From: Parcubacteria group bacterium Greene0416_36
GTDB lineage: Bacteria > Patescibacteriota > Patescibacteriia > VMEV01
Assembly: GCA_007375725.1 (NCBI GenBank)
Contig: VMEV01000004.1
Span: 5,021-69,020 of the forward strand
Direction: 5' to 3'
Length of the DNA: 64,000 bases
The notes under the pieces are model-generated. The model worked only from the letters and a program-made list of their open reading frames with translations. It had not been told where the DNA came from and searched no databases. Positions 38,145 through 47,097 of this stretch are shown piece by piece. The position numbers were made by a program, and so were the translations under genes. Positions within the stretch are counted from its first letter, which is position 1. The number at the start of each line of letters is the position of its first letter.

Positions 38145-39527
38145 GTGACTTGTAACTTTCTTTTTTACATTTTTATACTCCTAACCTTCCTCCTTCCCCT
38201 CGAACGCCTGGGTTCTTTTGAATTCTGGGGTATCACTATACGATTTTCACAACTCATATTATTGGTAATCTTAGCATTACTGCCCTTCTGCATCCCTTTT
38301 TCAAAAATCAAAAACCTCTACTTTTCCAATAAAAAACTTTATTTTTCACTCATTTTATTTATCACTATTGCCGCTTTCTCAATCATCCAGAGCATAAATG
38401 TTGCTCGCTCATTATTTATTTTTTTCGCCACCCTTTTCACCGCCTCCCTCGCCTTCGTTATCCCCCTCGTCATCGACACCGAAGCCAAACTCCGCCAAAC
38501 TATCGGCGCGTTATTCATCACCACGACTCTCGCCTGTCTCTTCGGCCTCTACCAATTCACCGCCGACATGCTCGGCGCGCCCACTTCATGGACCGGCCTC
38601 CTCCCTCGCTACGCCCACGAAATCCTCGGCTTCTCCCGCATCCAGTCCACCTTCGCCGAACCCCTCTACTTCGCCAATTTTTTATTCCTCCCATTTTTTC
38701 TAGCCCTCGCTTATTTTCTAAACCAACCCCGTCATCCTCGAGAGCCCGGAGGGCTCATCGGGGATCCAGACCCTCAACTACTAAAAAAAAATACATCCCC
38801 TTTCACCGATCCACACCTATTGATGGGTTTGTTGCTCACCTCCCTCCTCCTCACCACCTCCCGCGGCGCTTATCTCGGCCTCCTCGCCGGATGCGCCTTC
38901 TTCCTCATTTTCGCCTACCGCAAAATCTTCTCAAAACATTATTTCTTCTCTCTATTCAAAATCGGCTTGGCCTCAATCATCCTCTCTTTCTCACTTCTCC
39001 AAATAGGATCCTCCACTCAAACAAAATCATTCTTCGAACACACCCAAATCCCCACCGACTCCGGATCGTTCCTCGAGCGCAAAGAGACCTTCACCAAGGC
39101 TTGGCAATTATTTCTCCAAAAACCTCTCCTTGGCCACGGCATCGGATCTTTCGGGCCTCATCTGTCCGCAGATCCTCAAATTCCGCCGGCAGGAGGCTTT
39201 AAAATCGTAAACAATCAATATCTGGAACTAATGGCCGAAGTGGGAATATTAGGAATCGTGCCCATCACCGTCTTTTTTATTCTGCTCATCACCCAAGCAA
39301 TTTCTCTTTTAAAAACACAAACTCAAATTTCTTCCCATAGCCCCTTAAATCCTTCCACAAACGACCGGCGCAGATTACTTCTTCTTGGACTAACCAGCGC
39401 CATTATCGCGATCCTTGCTCAATACATGACCCTTAGCACACTTTATATGATGCAGATGTGGTTCGCGATAGGACTTCTCATCGCCGCCATACGGATATTG
39501 TCATCCAAAACAAATGTGTTAGGTTGA
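38145..39527 (+). CDS. O-antigen ligase (WaaL/Wzy_C) family protein
   Basis: RIQSTFAEP..FA, TTSRGA, S..ER, GHGIGSF, NQYLE...EVG motifs; start uncertain. Confidence 0.85.
   Translation: MTCNFLFYIFILLTFLLPLERLGSFEFWGITIRFSQLILLVILALLPFCIPFSKIKNLYFSNKKLYFSLILFITIAAFSIIQSINVARSLFIFFATLFTASLAFVIPLVIDTEAKLRQTIGALFITTTLACLFGLYQFTADMLGAPTSWTGLLPRYAHEILGFSRIQSTFAEPLYFANFLFLPFFLALAYFLNQPRHPREPGGLIGDPDPQLLKKNTSPFTDPHLLMGLLLTSLLLTTSRGAYLGLLAGCAFFLIFAYRKIFSKHYFFSLFKIGLASIILSFSLLQIGSSTQTKSFFEHTQIPTDSGSFLERKETFTKAWQLFLQKPLLGHGIGSFGPHLSADPQIPPAGGFKIVNNQYLELMAEVGILGIVPITVFFILLITQAISLLKTQTQISSHSPLNPSTNDRRRLLLLGLTSAIIAILAQYMTLSTLYMMQMWFAIGLLIAAIRILSSKTNVLG
38731..38770. repeat. GTCATCC...CGGGGATCC palindrome inside the ligase CDS
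   Basis: gtcatcctcgagagcccggagggctcatcggggatccaga, translated as RHPREPGGLIGDP. Confidence 0.75.
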
Positions 39528-39584
39528 AAATAGTGTTTCTTATTTCGTTCTTTTTTATATTTATACAAAAAAAGAGAGTTAAAA

Positions 39585-40334
39585 ATGACTAATTCTGAAA
39601 GAGAACAGAAACTAAATTTCTGGGATCTCATTGCCTCCATATTCTGGCTCCTGATGGAGTCTTTCTGGATGATGCAGTGGAATACGATGGCCCAATGGAT
39701 GATTCCATTTGCCATCATCACCGGACTATACACGTTCCGATACATCCAAAGAACCATCGCCGCTTTCTTCTCGAGTCTGACCATGTTCTTATGGGTCACA
39801 AGAGCTGCTTTTTGGGTGGTCTCCGACATCAACAAAATCATGCCCCTAGAAATAGTAGCCAAAGTACTATTCGGGATAGGAACCATCACGCTCGTGGTCC
39901 TTATCCTTACAAATTCCTTAGAGCATTTCTCCCGCTTCAAAGGAACCAGCCACAATGATCAATCGCATAAACTTAATCTCGCCGAGCAAAGCGGTTCCGT
40001 GGTGTGGTTTCTAATGGATGGACTCTGGCTCATGAAATTGACATTCTGGGCGTACATCCTAATCATCCCCGCACTCGTCCTTAATTTGACCATCTTTCGT
40101 TATACCGAAAGAAAAGCCTCTGGCATGATAGTAACCACAATCATCAACTTGTGGCTGCTCTTCGCCATCAGCTGGATGATTTCTGACCTGGGAGGCATCA
40201 CGGTATTTTACACAGTCTCTCAAGTTTGTTTCGGATGTATGGGTGTGTCTATTATCGCTCTAATCATCAGCCTCAAACCCGCCACACAAAGCAATCAAAT
40301 TTCCAACCCCGAAATAGCCAAAGGTTTTATTTAG
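39585..40334 (+). CDS. Hypothetical membrane protein with internal duplication
   Basis: Two homologous halves (KLN..D..S..W..MES.W.M vs KLN..E..S..W..MDG.W.M), about 8 TM. Confidence 0.8.
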   Translation: MTNSEREQKLNFWDLIASIFWLLMESFWMMQWNTMAQWMIPFAIITGLYTFRYIQRTIAAFFSSLTMFLWVTRAAFWVVSDINKIMPLEIVAKVLFGIGTITLVVLILTNSLEHFSRFKGTSHNDQSHKLNLAEQSGSVVWFLMDGLWLMKLTFWAYILIIPALVLNLTIFRYTERKASGMIVTTIINLWLLFAISWMISDLGGITVFYTVSQVCFGCMGVSIIALIISLKPATQSNQISNPEIAKGFI

Positions 40335-40399
40335 CTATTCGAGAAAGGATAAAACAAAAAGCAGGCCAAGAAAAAAATTTCCGACCTGCTTTTATAATA

Positions 40400-40490
40400 A
40401 ACAACAAATCCCCCTCAGTCCCCCTTTGACAAGGGGGAGGTAACAGCCCCCTCCCTTGTCAAAGGGAGGGTTGGGGAGGGATTTGTTGTT
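40400..40490. repeat. CTTTGACAAGG composite palindromic element
   Basis: Copy at the 3' end of the pilin array. Confidence 0.9.
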
Positions 40491-40497
40491 ATTTCCC

Positions 40498-40902
40498 CTA
40501 TACCAATTCCCCCGCCCCCGCTGCCAGGGCCAAGGCCACGATCAGATACGAAATAGACACCACGATAATACCGATAACCGCGTTCTTGATAATTTCCTTC
40601 GCCTCATCCACCTGCGACGAATTCCCAGCCGCCGTGATCCAACGGAAGCCGCCATATACTGAGTAGAGCACCGCCAAGGTGCCGATCACCCCCAAACACA
40701 ATTTCACAATGGCACCCACTCTGGTCGATAAAGTGGAAGTATCTCCTTTTGTACGCAAACCCGCTTGCTCTGAAGAAGCATCAAGCGTTTTCCCAATCGC
40801 TTGAATTCCGGTTTTGGGTTGGGCATAGGCAAACCCCATTGGCATCAAAAATACAGATGCCATCAAGATGAAACTCAAGAATATTTTTTTTAAAAAAGTC
40901 AT
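40498..40902 (-). CDS. TrbC/VirB2-like pilin
   Basis: Signal peptide; YGGFRWITAAGNSSQVDEAKEII.NA.IG. Confidence 0.85.
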   Translation of the reverse strand: MTFLKKIFLSFILMASVFLMPMGFAYAQPKTGIQAIGKTLDASSEQAGLRTKGDTSTLSTRVGAIVKLCLGVIGTLAVLYSVYGGFRWITAAGNSSQVDEAKEIIKNAVIGIIVVSISYLIVALALAAGAGELV

Positions 40903-40911
40903 ATAATTTGA

Positions 40912-41331
40912 TTATTTACCGCCACTCGATAGCTGAATCGCCACCGCAATAATAATATAGGCAAATGTAACTATTGCCAAGCCAATGCAGGCATTTGTCA
41001 CGGTCTGTTTGGCCGCATCCACCTTCCCCGAATCCCCCCCCGCCGTAACCCACTGAAACCCGCCGTAGATGATGAAAATGACCGTCACCGTACCGATGAG
41101 CATGATGAAAAATTGGATGACTTCACCAAAACGAGAAGTGATATCTATGATAGTTTGACTGCGTCCACCCTGAGAGGTGACTTGAGACCCTTCAGTCATG
41201 CCACTCGAAGTTGTAGTCTCTAACAATTCCCCTGAGGCTTTTTGGAAACCCTTCTTTTCTTCCGCCAATACAAAAAGCGGACTGAGTAAAGCCATCAAAG
41301 AAAATAGAATTGGGAGAAGTGATCGAAACAT
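40912..41331 (-). CDS. TrbC/VirB2-like pilin
   Basis: YGGFQWVTAGGDSGKVDAAKQTVTNACIG. Confidence 0.85.
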   Translation of the reverse strand: MFRSLLPILFSLMALLSPLFVLAEEKKGFQKASGELLETTTSSGMTEGSQVTSQGGRSQTIIDITSRFGEVIQFFIMLIGTVTVIFIIYGGFQWVTAGGDSGKVDAAKQTVTNACIGLAIVTFAYIIIAVAIQLSSGGK

Positions 41332-41359
41332 AGGGGAAAAAGTTGGATAAAAAGACAGG

Positions 41360-41394
41360 AGATCCCCGATCCGCCTGACGGCTCTCGGGGATGA
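41360..41394. repeat. GATCCCCG...CGGGGATGA palindrome
   Basis: agatccccgatccgcctgacggctctcggggatga. Confidence 0.75.
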
Positions 41395-41424
41395 TTTAAA
41401 TTTCGCTTGGGGGCTAAATTTAAA

Positions 41425-41826
41425 TCATTTGAATACCGTATCAATCGCACTCTTGAGCGCGAACGAGCTGATCGAATAGGCGGAAATCACGATAATAAGG
41501 CCGATCACGGCATTCTTAAGCCAAGCCTTAGCTTCGTCAATCTGAGCAGAATCACCTCCGGCAGTCATGTATTTCCATCCGGCCCAGAGGATGATCAAAG
41601 TCAGAACCGTCCCCAAAAAGGTAAGGATGATCTTGATGATATTGACCACCGTATCAATGAGATCCGCCTGGGTCTGGTCCTCACTAGTGGCGGCATATCC
41701 CGCCCCCGTCGCCACCTTCTCCGCGTCCAACACCGCCTGATCCAGAAAACGCTGAGCAGACACGGGAGCCAGAGGCAAAGCGACTAAGCCGAGACTGACT
41801 AGAAATAGAGATATTTTTCGAAACAT
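41425..41826 (-). CDS. TrbC/VirB2-like pilin
   Basis: WAGWKYMTAGGDSAQIDEAKAWLKNAVIG; ATG (MFRK) at 41826 preferred. Confidence 0.85.
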   Translation of the reverse strand: MFRKISLFLVSLGLVALPLAPVSAQRFLDQAVLDAEKVATGAGYAATSEDQTQADLIDTVVNIIKIILTFLGTVLTLIILWAGWKYMTAGGDSAQIDEAKAWLKNAVIGLIIVISAYSISSFALKSAIDTVFK

Positions 41827-41854
41827 AACAAAATAAATTAAATATACAGCCAAA

Positions 41855-41945
41855 CAACAAACCCATCCCCAACCCTTCCCTTAACAAGGAAGGGAGAACT
41901 CGCAAATGCCTCCCCTGTTAAAGGGAGGTTAGGTGGAGTTTGTTG
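41855..41945. repeat. Variant composite palindromic element (CCCTTAACAAGG)
   Basis: caacaaaccc...gtttgttg ends; related to 61689-61794 and partial 4862-4902. Confidence 0.75.
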
Positions 41946-41946
41946 C

Positions 41947-42450
41947 TTACCCATTCAAAAACTCACTCGTCCTAAGCGAATTGAGCACAAAACTGGTAAT
42001 CAGCCAAGCAAATGAGACAATCAGGACTCCCATGACGGCATTGAAAATTAGGGCCTTTGCCTTGGAAACATCTTCCTCATTTCCTCCGGCCAAAAACCAA
42101 GTATAACCCGCATAGATCACAACTAGAAGCAAGACTGTACCGAGTGCGCTGAGCAAAGTCTGGAGTATCTGCCCGATATAAATATAAATATTGACCCTGC
42201 CGGTATTTTCTTTGTATCGAGGATCAATCGCGGGACCCAAATTTCCTAAGGCCTCACGAGTTCCTGCCAATCCAGGACGGTGTTGGCCGCTGGGTCCCAC
42301 AACCGGGTTCAAAGCACCTCCCATATCAAACAATCCAGGATCTTCCGCTTTGCCTATAGGAGCAAAAGACAATACCAACGAAAAAACAATCATACAAACT
42401 GCCACTATTCTTTTTACTAGCATTCCGGTTTTATTCATATTCGTATTCAA
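41947..42450 (-). CDS. TrbC/VirB2-like pilin
   Basis: YAGYTWFLAGGNEEDVSKAKALIFNAVMG. Confidence 0.85.
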   Translation of the reverse strand: MNTNMNKTGMLVKRIVAVCMIVFSLVLSFAPIGKAEDPGLFDMGGALNPVVGPSGQHRPGLAGTREALGNLGPAIDPRYKENTGRVNIYIYIGQILQTLLSALGTVLLLVVIYAGYTWFLAGGNEEDVSKAKALIFNAVMGVLIVSFAWLITSFVLNSLRTSEFLNG

Positions 42451-42910
42451 TAGTGGATTGCTTGATCGAACTCAACACAAAGGCCGTAATGCCCCAAGAC
42501 AACATAATGATCATAAGGCCGATAAATCCATTGATCAGCCATTTTTTTGCGGTCTCTACCTGATCCGCATTGCCCCCAGCCATAGCCCAGAGATAACCGG
42601 CGTAGAGAGTCATGGATAAAAATATAATTCCCAGAAACCCCAAAGCAATGCGCACGATCTGCACGATCAATTCAGTGAGGCCCGCTTTTCCTTCCTTCCG
42701 AATATCATACGACCCTCCGGCGATAAACTTCATGCGGCTGCGCGATAATTCATTTGACCCCGCCCTGCCTTCCGGATTTTGGGTGATGGATTCAGCATCG
42801 CCTGGGGTGACCGTTTTACCTGTTCCCGACGGCTGAGCCATAGCTGGAGTAGAAAAACCACCCCAACCCATAGCGACCGCCAAGAATAATAAAACTATTT
42901 TCCGAATCAT
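42431..42910 (-). CDS. TrbC/VirB2-like pilin
   Basis: YAGYLWAMAGGNADQVETAKKWLINGFIG. Confidence 0.85.
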   Translation of the reverse strand: MIRKIVLLFLAVAMGWGGFSTPAMAQPSGTGKTVTPGDAESITQNPEGRAGSNELSRSRMKFIAGGSYDIRKEGKAGLTELIVQIVRIALGFLGIIFLSMTLYAGYLWAMAGGNADQVETAKKWLINGFIGLMIIMLSWGITAFVLSSIKQSTIEYEYE

Positions 42911-42915
42911 AAAAA

Positions 42916-43341
42916 TTAATCAAACAAACTCGTAGGGATATCCACGGGATTGAGAGAGGCCACAATGAAATCAGTGATGAAATACGCGGCGGTAATAAGA
43001 ATCATACCGATGATGCCATTGGCAATCCATTTTCTCGCTTGATCTACCTGATCCGTATTGCCTCCAGCAGTCAGCCATAGAAACCCCGCGTAAATCACCA
43101 CGGCAAGCAAAATAAAACCCACAAAGGAGAGAATCGTCTTGATGATAAAACCCAAGGTCAGGTTCAGCTGGCGTTCCGATTCCGCTGCATCTGCCACCTT
43201 TTTTCCATAGCCTACCTGGGTCACGACTTGTACCCCGCCAAAGGGATCCGGCTTATCTTCCGCGAGCACAGGAATCGCAAAAAATCCGGCAAACAAAACC
43301 GCGGTAAACCCCATCAATAACATTTTCCTAAAAAAAATCAT
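42916..43341 (-). CDS. TrbC/VirB2-like pilin
   Basis: YAGFLWLTAGGNTDQVDQARKWIANGIIG. Confidence 0.85.
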   Translation of the reverse strand: MIFFRKMLLMGFTAVLFAGFFAIPVLAEDKPDPFGGVQVVTQVGYGKKVADAAESERQLNLTLGFIIKTILSFVGFILLAVVIYAGFLWLTAGGNTDQVDQARKWIANGIIGMILITAAYFITDFIVASLNPVDIPTSLFD

Positions 43342-43352
43342 AAATTTCTACC

Positions 43353-43398
43353 TGTCATTGCGAGCCACCGCATTCTAGCGGTGGCGTGGCAATCTCAT
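43353..43398. repeat. GTCATTG...GCAATCTCAT family repeat
   Basis: tgtcattgcgagccaccgc...gcggtggcgtggcaatctcat. Confidence 0.75.
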
Positions 43399-43408
43399 GA
43401 ATAAACCC

Positions 43409-43840
43409 CTACCCCCTTTGCAAAAAAGCTCCGATCAAAAATCCCACAATCAAATAAGCTGTGGCGATAATAAAAATACCGATAGTCCCATTGGTCACCC
43501 ATTTCTTCGCCTGATCCACCTGATCGGAATTCCCTCCGGCCGTGAGCCACAGGAACCCTGCGTAAATGATCACCAAAAGCAAAATCACGCCCACCACTCG
43601 CAATATCCAAAATACCACCACACCCACAATGAAAAAAAAAGTGAATTCTTCCCTCCCCGCCTGATAATCCGTATCACCAAATCCCTCTCGAGCGATATCT
43701 TGTAGATATCCAGCTCCAGTAGCCCCAGGATCATTTCTACCTCCAGTTCCAGGTTCTACCGCAAAAACTATTACAGGAATAAATAACAAAAAAAAGCAGA
43801 TAAGTAATAAATTCAATTGATATATAATTTTTTTCCACAT
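43409..43840 (-). CDS. TrbC/VirB2-like pilin
   Basis: YAGFLWLTAGGNSDQVDQAKKWVTNGTIG. Confidence 0.85.
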   Translation of the reverse strand: MWKKIIYQLNLLLICFFLLFIPVIVFAVEPGTGGRNDPGATGAGYLQDIAREGFGDTDYQAGREEFTFFFIVGVVVFWILRVVGVILLLVIIYAGFLWLTAGGNSDQVDQAKKWVTNGTIGIFIIATAYLIVGFLIGAFLQRG

Positions 43841-43845
43841 AAAAA

Positions 43846-44271
43846 TTATGAAGCAATACGAGTCAGAGACTCAATAAACCCAGCTATAACATAGGAGGCC
43901 CCGACAATAATCGCGCCAATAGTACAATTAGTGATGATCGTTTTTGCTTTCTCCACTTGATCAGAATTACCTCCAGCAGTAAGCCACAGAATACCTGAGT
44001 AGATAATAAGAATCAACAATATTACTCCAACTAAAGACAAAAGTATTTTTACATAGCGAATAATTGTGCTGACCAAAATTAAATTGACAACTCCTCGAGT
44101 CTGCAATCCTTCTGTTGTTACTTTTATACCGCTAGTATTAACACTAGTATTGCTTAAAGCCGCATCCAACAACTTCCCTCCGCGTACTTTATCTTTCGTT
44201 GTATCTTGAGCAAAAACAAAACTAGGAACCAACAAAATCGACAGTAATAATGCAATCAAAATCTTTCTCAT
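43846..44271 (-). CDS. TrbC/VirB2-like pilin
   Basis: YSGILWLTAGGNSDQVEKAKTIITNCTIG. Confidence 0.85.
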   Translation of the reverse strand: MRKILIALLLSILLVPSFVFAQDTTKDKVRGGKLLDAALSNTSVNTSGIKVTTEGLQTRGVVNLILVSTIIRYVKILLSLVGVILLILIIYSGILWLTAGGNSDQVEKAKTIITNCTIGAIIVGASYVIAGFIESLTRIAS

Positions 44272-44278
44272 ACGATTT

Positions 44279-44692
44279 TTAACTTGTAGTTTGAGTCGCG
44301 AGCAAGATAAAGGCCGTTATCGCATAGGCCGTGCCAATAATCAGGGCACCCATAAAGGCATTGAATATAAGCGTCCGCGCCTCGGCGGCCTTGTCCGTAT
44401 TGCCCCCAGCCGTGAGCCACAAAAATCCGCCGTAGATAATGATGATCAAAATCACGAGACCTAGAAACTGCAGGGCCTGCTCAATCAATTTACCAATACG
44501 CTGGGCTAACCCAGTGGCAGTGGCATCATCTTTTTTTTCTGACAAAGAAGCTTTTTCCATGGTTGTACTAAAAAAACCATCTCCCTTCATAATAGTCTCC
44601 GAAACCGAAGCCGATACAAAACCAACATTGACCCCGAATAACATCACCAGAGCCATGGAACTTAAAAATAATTTTTTGAAAAATGAAGGCAT
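44279..44692 (-). CDS. TrbC/VirB2-like pilin
   Basis: YGGFLWLTAGGNTDKAAEARTLIFNAFMG. Confidence 0.85.
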   Translation of the reverse strand: MPSFFKKLFLSSMALVMLFGVNVGFVSASVSETIMKGDGFFSTTMEKASLSEKKDDATATGLAQRIGKLIEQALQFLGLVILIIIIYGGFLWLTAGGNTDKAAEARTLIFNAFMGALIIGTAYAITAFILLATQTTS

Positions 44693-44697
44693 AAAGT

Positions 44698-44934
44698 TTA
44701 AAATTTTCCTAAAGCTTTTAGAAATTCTTCAACCGAGATTTTCGATTGTTTCAATACACCCATCAACATTCCCCTTTTTAAATCCTTGCTATGATAAGGC
44801 AAAATAACTCTCCTCGTGGCATCTAACGAATGTATCAATTTAATATGGCTTCCCTTCTGCGAAATCACTTTAAATCCCAAACTGAGGAGCAATTGTAACA
44901 CTTCCTTTGCCTTCAAAATCGGAATAATACTCAT
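44698..44934 (-). CDS. hicA: HicA family mRNA interferase toxin
   Basis: LGF....QKGSH, P.H.KDL..G.L..ILKQ-like motif. Confidence 0.92.
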   Translation of the reverse strand: MSIIPILKAKEVLQLLLSLGFKVISQKGSHIKLIHSLDATRRVILPYHSKDLKRGMLMGVLKQSKISVEEFLKALGKF

Positions 44935-44937
44935 ACA

Positions 44938-45138
44938 TTACCTTGAGGTCTCCAAAGCAAATTCTATTGCCTCTCTTGCCATATACTTTGCCTCTACCAG
45001 ACTATCTCCCCCAGTCACAATTTCAGGAATTTTCATCACTCGAACAATATAGCCTTTTTCATCATTGTTCCTTTCAAAACGAGTATCAAAAACCCCTTTT
45101 TTCGTCTTCAATCTGAATTTTTTTATTTTTCTTAACAT
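44938..45138 (-). CDS. hicB: Short HicB family antitoxin (66 aa, no DNA-binding domain)
   Basis: GYIVRV..IPEIVT.GDS..EA...AREAI; ATG at 45138, since the longer listed ORF overlaps a pilin. Confidence 0.85.
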   Translation of the reverse strand: MLRKIKKFRLKTKKGVFDTRFERNNDEKGYIVRVMKIPEIVTGGDSLVEAKYMAREAIEFALETSR

Positions 45139-45140
45139 AT

Positions 45141-45587
45141 TTATAAAGGTGTAATCAAAGCCGTGGTAAGACCCTTTGTGATGAAGCTTATCAAGACATA
45201 CGAACTGCCGCAAATCACAATCGCAATCACCGAGTTCACCAATATCCTCTTCCCTTCCCCCGCCTGATCCGAATTCCCCGCCGCCGTAGTCCACAAATAC
45301 CCTCCGTAGACCACATATCCCAATGCCACGGTACCAATGATGGACAGGGCAATGCCCATGTAGCGGCCGATTTGATTGACTACCACTAAACGAGCATCGG
45401 AGAGAACGTCTGTTCCTTCTTCTCTTGATATAGTCTCATCTAAATTTGTCTGCGATAAACCACCACCTTCATTGTCTGCTCCTAACATTTTATTGACAAG
45501 TGTAGGATTAAGTTGTGCATACAATAAAATAGGAAGACAAAATACTAAACTTACAGAAACAGATAAAATCGAAACAATTCGCTTCAT
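45141..45587 (-). CDS. TrbC/VirB2-like pilin
   Basis: YGGYLWTTAAGNSDQAGEGKRILVNSVIA. Confidence 0.85.
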   Translation of the reverse strand: MKRIVSILSVSVSLVFCLPILLYAQLNPTLVNKMLGADNEGGGLSQTNLDETISREEGTDVLSDARLVVVNQIGRYMGIALSIIGTVALGYVVYGGYLWTTAAGNSDQAGEGKRILVNSVIAIVICGSSYVLISFITKGLTTALITPL

Positions 45588-45593
45588 AAATTT

Positions 45594-45983
45594 CTATCCA
45601 GCTAAAGCCAATACTACAAAATTAGTCAGTGTATACGCACCCATTAAAATCACCATCCCAATCACCGCGCTGGAGATAATTTCCTTGGACTCATCTATTT
45701 TCGCCTGATCGCCTTTTGCCGTGAGCCACAGAAATCCAGCATATACTACATAACCAAGAGCAATCACACCCAAAAACCCATAGATAACAGACAAAACCTG
45801 GCCGATATAGACGGCGGGGCTTTTGGCACCTTCTGCGGTTATCTCATATCCGGATTTCTCAGCAAATATGTTCAGTTTCCCAACAGGATCTGGGTTTTCG
45901 GCGGCCAATACCCAAAAAGGCAACATTAAAAATATTACACTCGATAAAAAAATAAAAGTTTTTTGAAAAAATGAGTGTCTCAT
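45594..45983 (-). CDS. TrbC/VirB2-like pilin
   Basis: YAGFLWLTAKGDQAKIDESKEIISSAVIG. Confidence 0.85.
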   Translation of the reverse strand: MRHSFFQKTFIFLSSVIFLMLPFWVLAAENPDPVGKLNIFAEKSGYEITAEGAKSPAVYIGQVLSVIYGFLGVIALGYVVYAGFLWLTAKGDQAKIDESKEIISSAVIGMVILMGAYTLTNFVVLALAG

Positions 45984-45986
45984 AAT

Positions 45987-46409
45987 TTATTTAACTTCTA
46001 CACCCGTAATCACATTGGTACCCAGCTGACTGATCGCGAAATTGGCTAGGGAATAAGCCCCAAAAATAATCACAAGGCCGATACCCCCATACAATAAAAT
46101 CTTCTTGGCAGTATCAACCTTCGAGGAATCTCCCGCGGCCGTGAGATACAAAAATCCGGCATAAATGATAATAAGCAATGCAAAAATACCTAGGATACCA
46201 AGGATAGATTGGATAATACCTCCGGAATATTGAATGAAGGCTTCTTGTTCCACCTTGCCTCCTCCTTCAAAGGCTTGCGAAGCCTTTCCTGTTTCCATTA
46301 GCCCCGTTGACAATGGATCAGCAGCCAAAATATTCGAACCCAAACCAAAAGACAGGACTCCGACTAGGATTCCCGACAATAAAATTTTATTTCGGAGAAA
46401 ATTTCGCAT
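45987..46409 (-). CDS. TrbC/VirB2-like pilin
   Basis: YAGFLYLTAAGDSSKVDTAKKILLYGGIG. Confidence 0.85.
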   Translation of the reverse strand: MRNFLRNKILLSGILVGVLSFGLGSNILAADPLSTGLMETGKASQAFEGGGKVEQEAFIQYSGGIIQSILGILGIFALLIIIYAGFLYLTAAGDSSKVDTAKKILLYGGIGLVIIFGAYSLANFAISQLGTNVITGVEVK

Positions 46410-46424
46410 ATAAAATCTTCGTTT

Positions 46425-46536
46425 GAAGAAGTAGAAAAAAGATATCCCTATTTGTCTGTAGGGGCGCAGCGCGCTGCGCCCCTACAGACAACATGTCCTT
46501 TTTCTGCTTCTTCCTCCGAGCCCTTCAGCTCGGAGA
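46425..46536. terminator. Long hairpin containing a GTAG REP (46458-46485) plus a second hairpin, downstream of the 46584 pilin
   Basis: gaagaagtagaaaaa...tttttctgcttcttc enclosing ttgtct-REP-agacaa; tctccgagc-ccttca-gctcggaga. Confidence 0.65.
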
Positions 46537-46583
46537 GAAGAAAAGATTATAGATATAACAATTAGCTAGCTTATTGCTATCTC

Positions 46584-46964
46584 CTATCCTTGTAAACCTG
46601 TAGCAACGGTGAGTTGCTGGAGCACGAAAGTCGTGATCGCAAACGCGGACAAAATGATCACCAAACCGATAATACCGGCCTGAATGAGCTTTTTAGCTTC
46701 GTCTGTCTTATCGCTGGAACCTCCGGCAGTCATCCATTTGAAACCACCCATGAGGATGATCACCACGGCGACAGTACCCAAAAATCCCATGATAATGCGG
46801 ATCAAAGCGGCAATCGTTTCACGTGGATCGCGCTGTCCGAGTCCGGTATTTTTCTGAAAATTGATGCCGAATACGTCCTCAGCTGCGCCCACAGCCACGG
46901 GGACCGCCAGCATATTGAGAGACATAATCACCGACATGATTCCTACACCTAATTTTTTCATCAT
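46584..46964 (-). CDS. TrbC/VirB2-like pilin, candidate major subunit
   Basis: GGFKWMTAGGSSDKTDEAKKLIQAGIIG; strong SD-like GAAAGGGGGTGA before ATG 46964. Confidence 0.87.
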   Translation of the reverse strand: MMKKLGVGIMSVIMSLNMLAVPVAVGAAEDVFGINFQKNTGLGQRDPRETIAALIRIIMGFLGTVAVVIILMGGFKWMTAGGSSDKTDEAKKLIQAGIIGLVIILSAFAITTFVLQQLTVATGLQG

Positions 46965-46991
46965 AATATCACCCCCTTTCATTTTTTATAG

Positions 46992-47035
46992 TGTCATTGA
47001 GAGTCCTGCGTTTTAGCAGGACGTGGCAATCTCAT
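46992..47035. repeat. GTCATTG...GCAATCTCAT family repeat
   Basis: tgtcattgagagtcctgc...gcaggacgtggcaatctcat. Confidence 0.75.
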
Positions 47036-47062
47036 ATAAAACATCAATACATTATTAGCCTA

Positions 47063-47090
47063 AGTATAGAAAAAAGACGAATTTTTGCAA
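47063..47090 (-). promoter_or_regulatory. Internal promoter in the pilin array
   Basis: TTGCAA-16 nt-TATACT on the minus strand. Confidence 0.5.
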
Positions 47091-47097
47091 ATCTTTC

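Noticed and set aside
38400-39100. Extremely C-rich stretch and overlapping Pro/Ser/Arg-rich ORFs
   Set aside because: Explained by strand compositional skew and C-ending codons in a hydrophobic gene; the alternative ORFs are low-complexity artefacts.
44938-45294. 118-aa version of HicB
   Set aside because: The N-terminal 52 aa are an alternative frame of the upstream pilin; the real start is ATG 45138.
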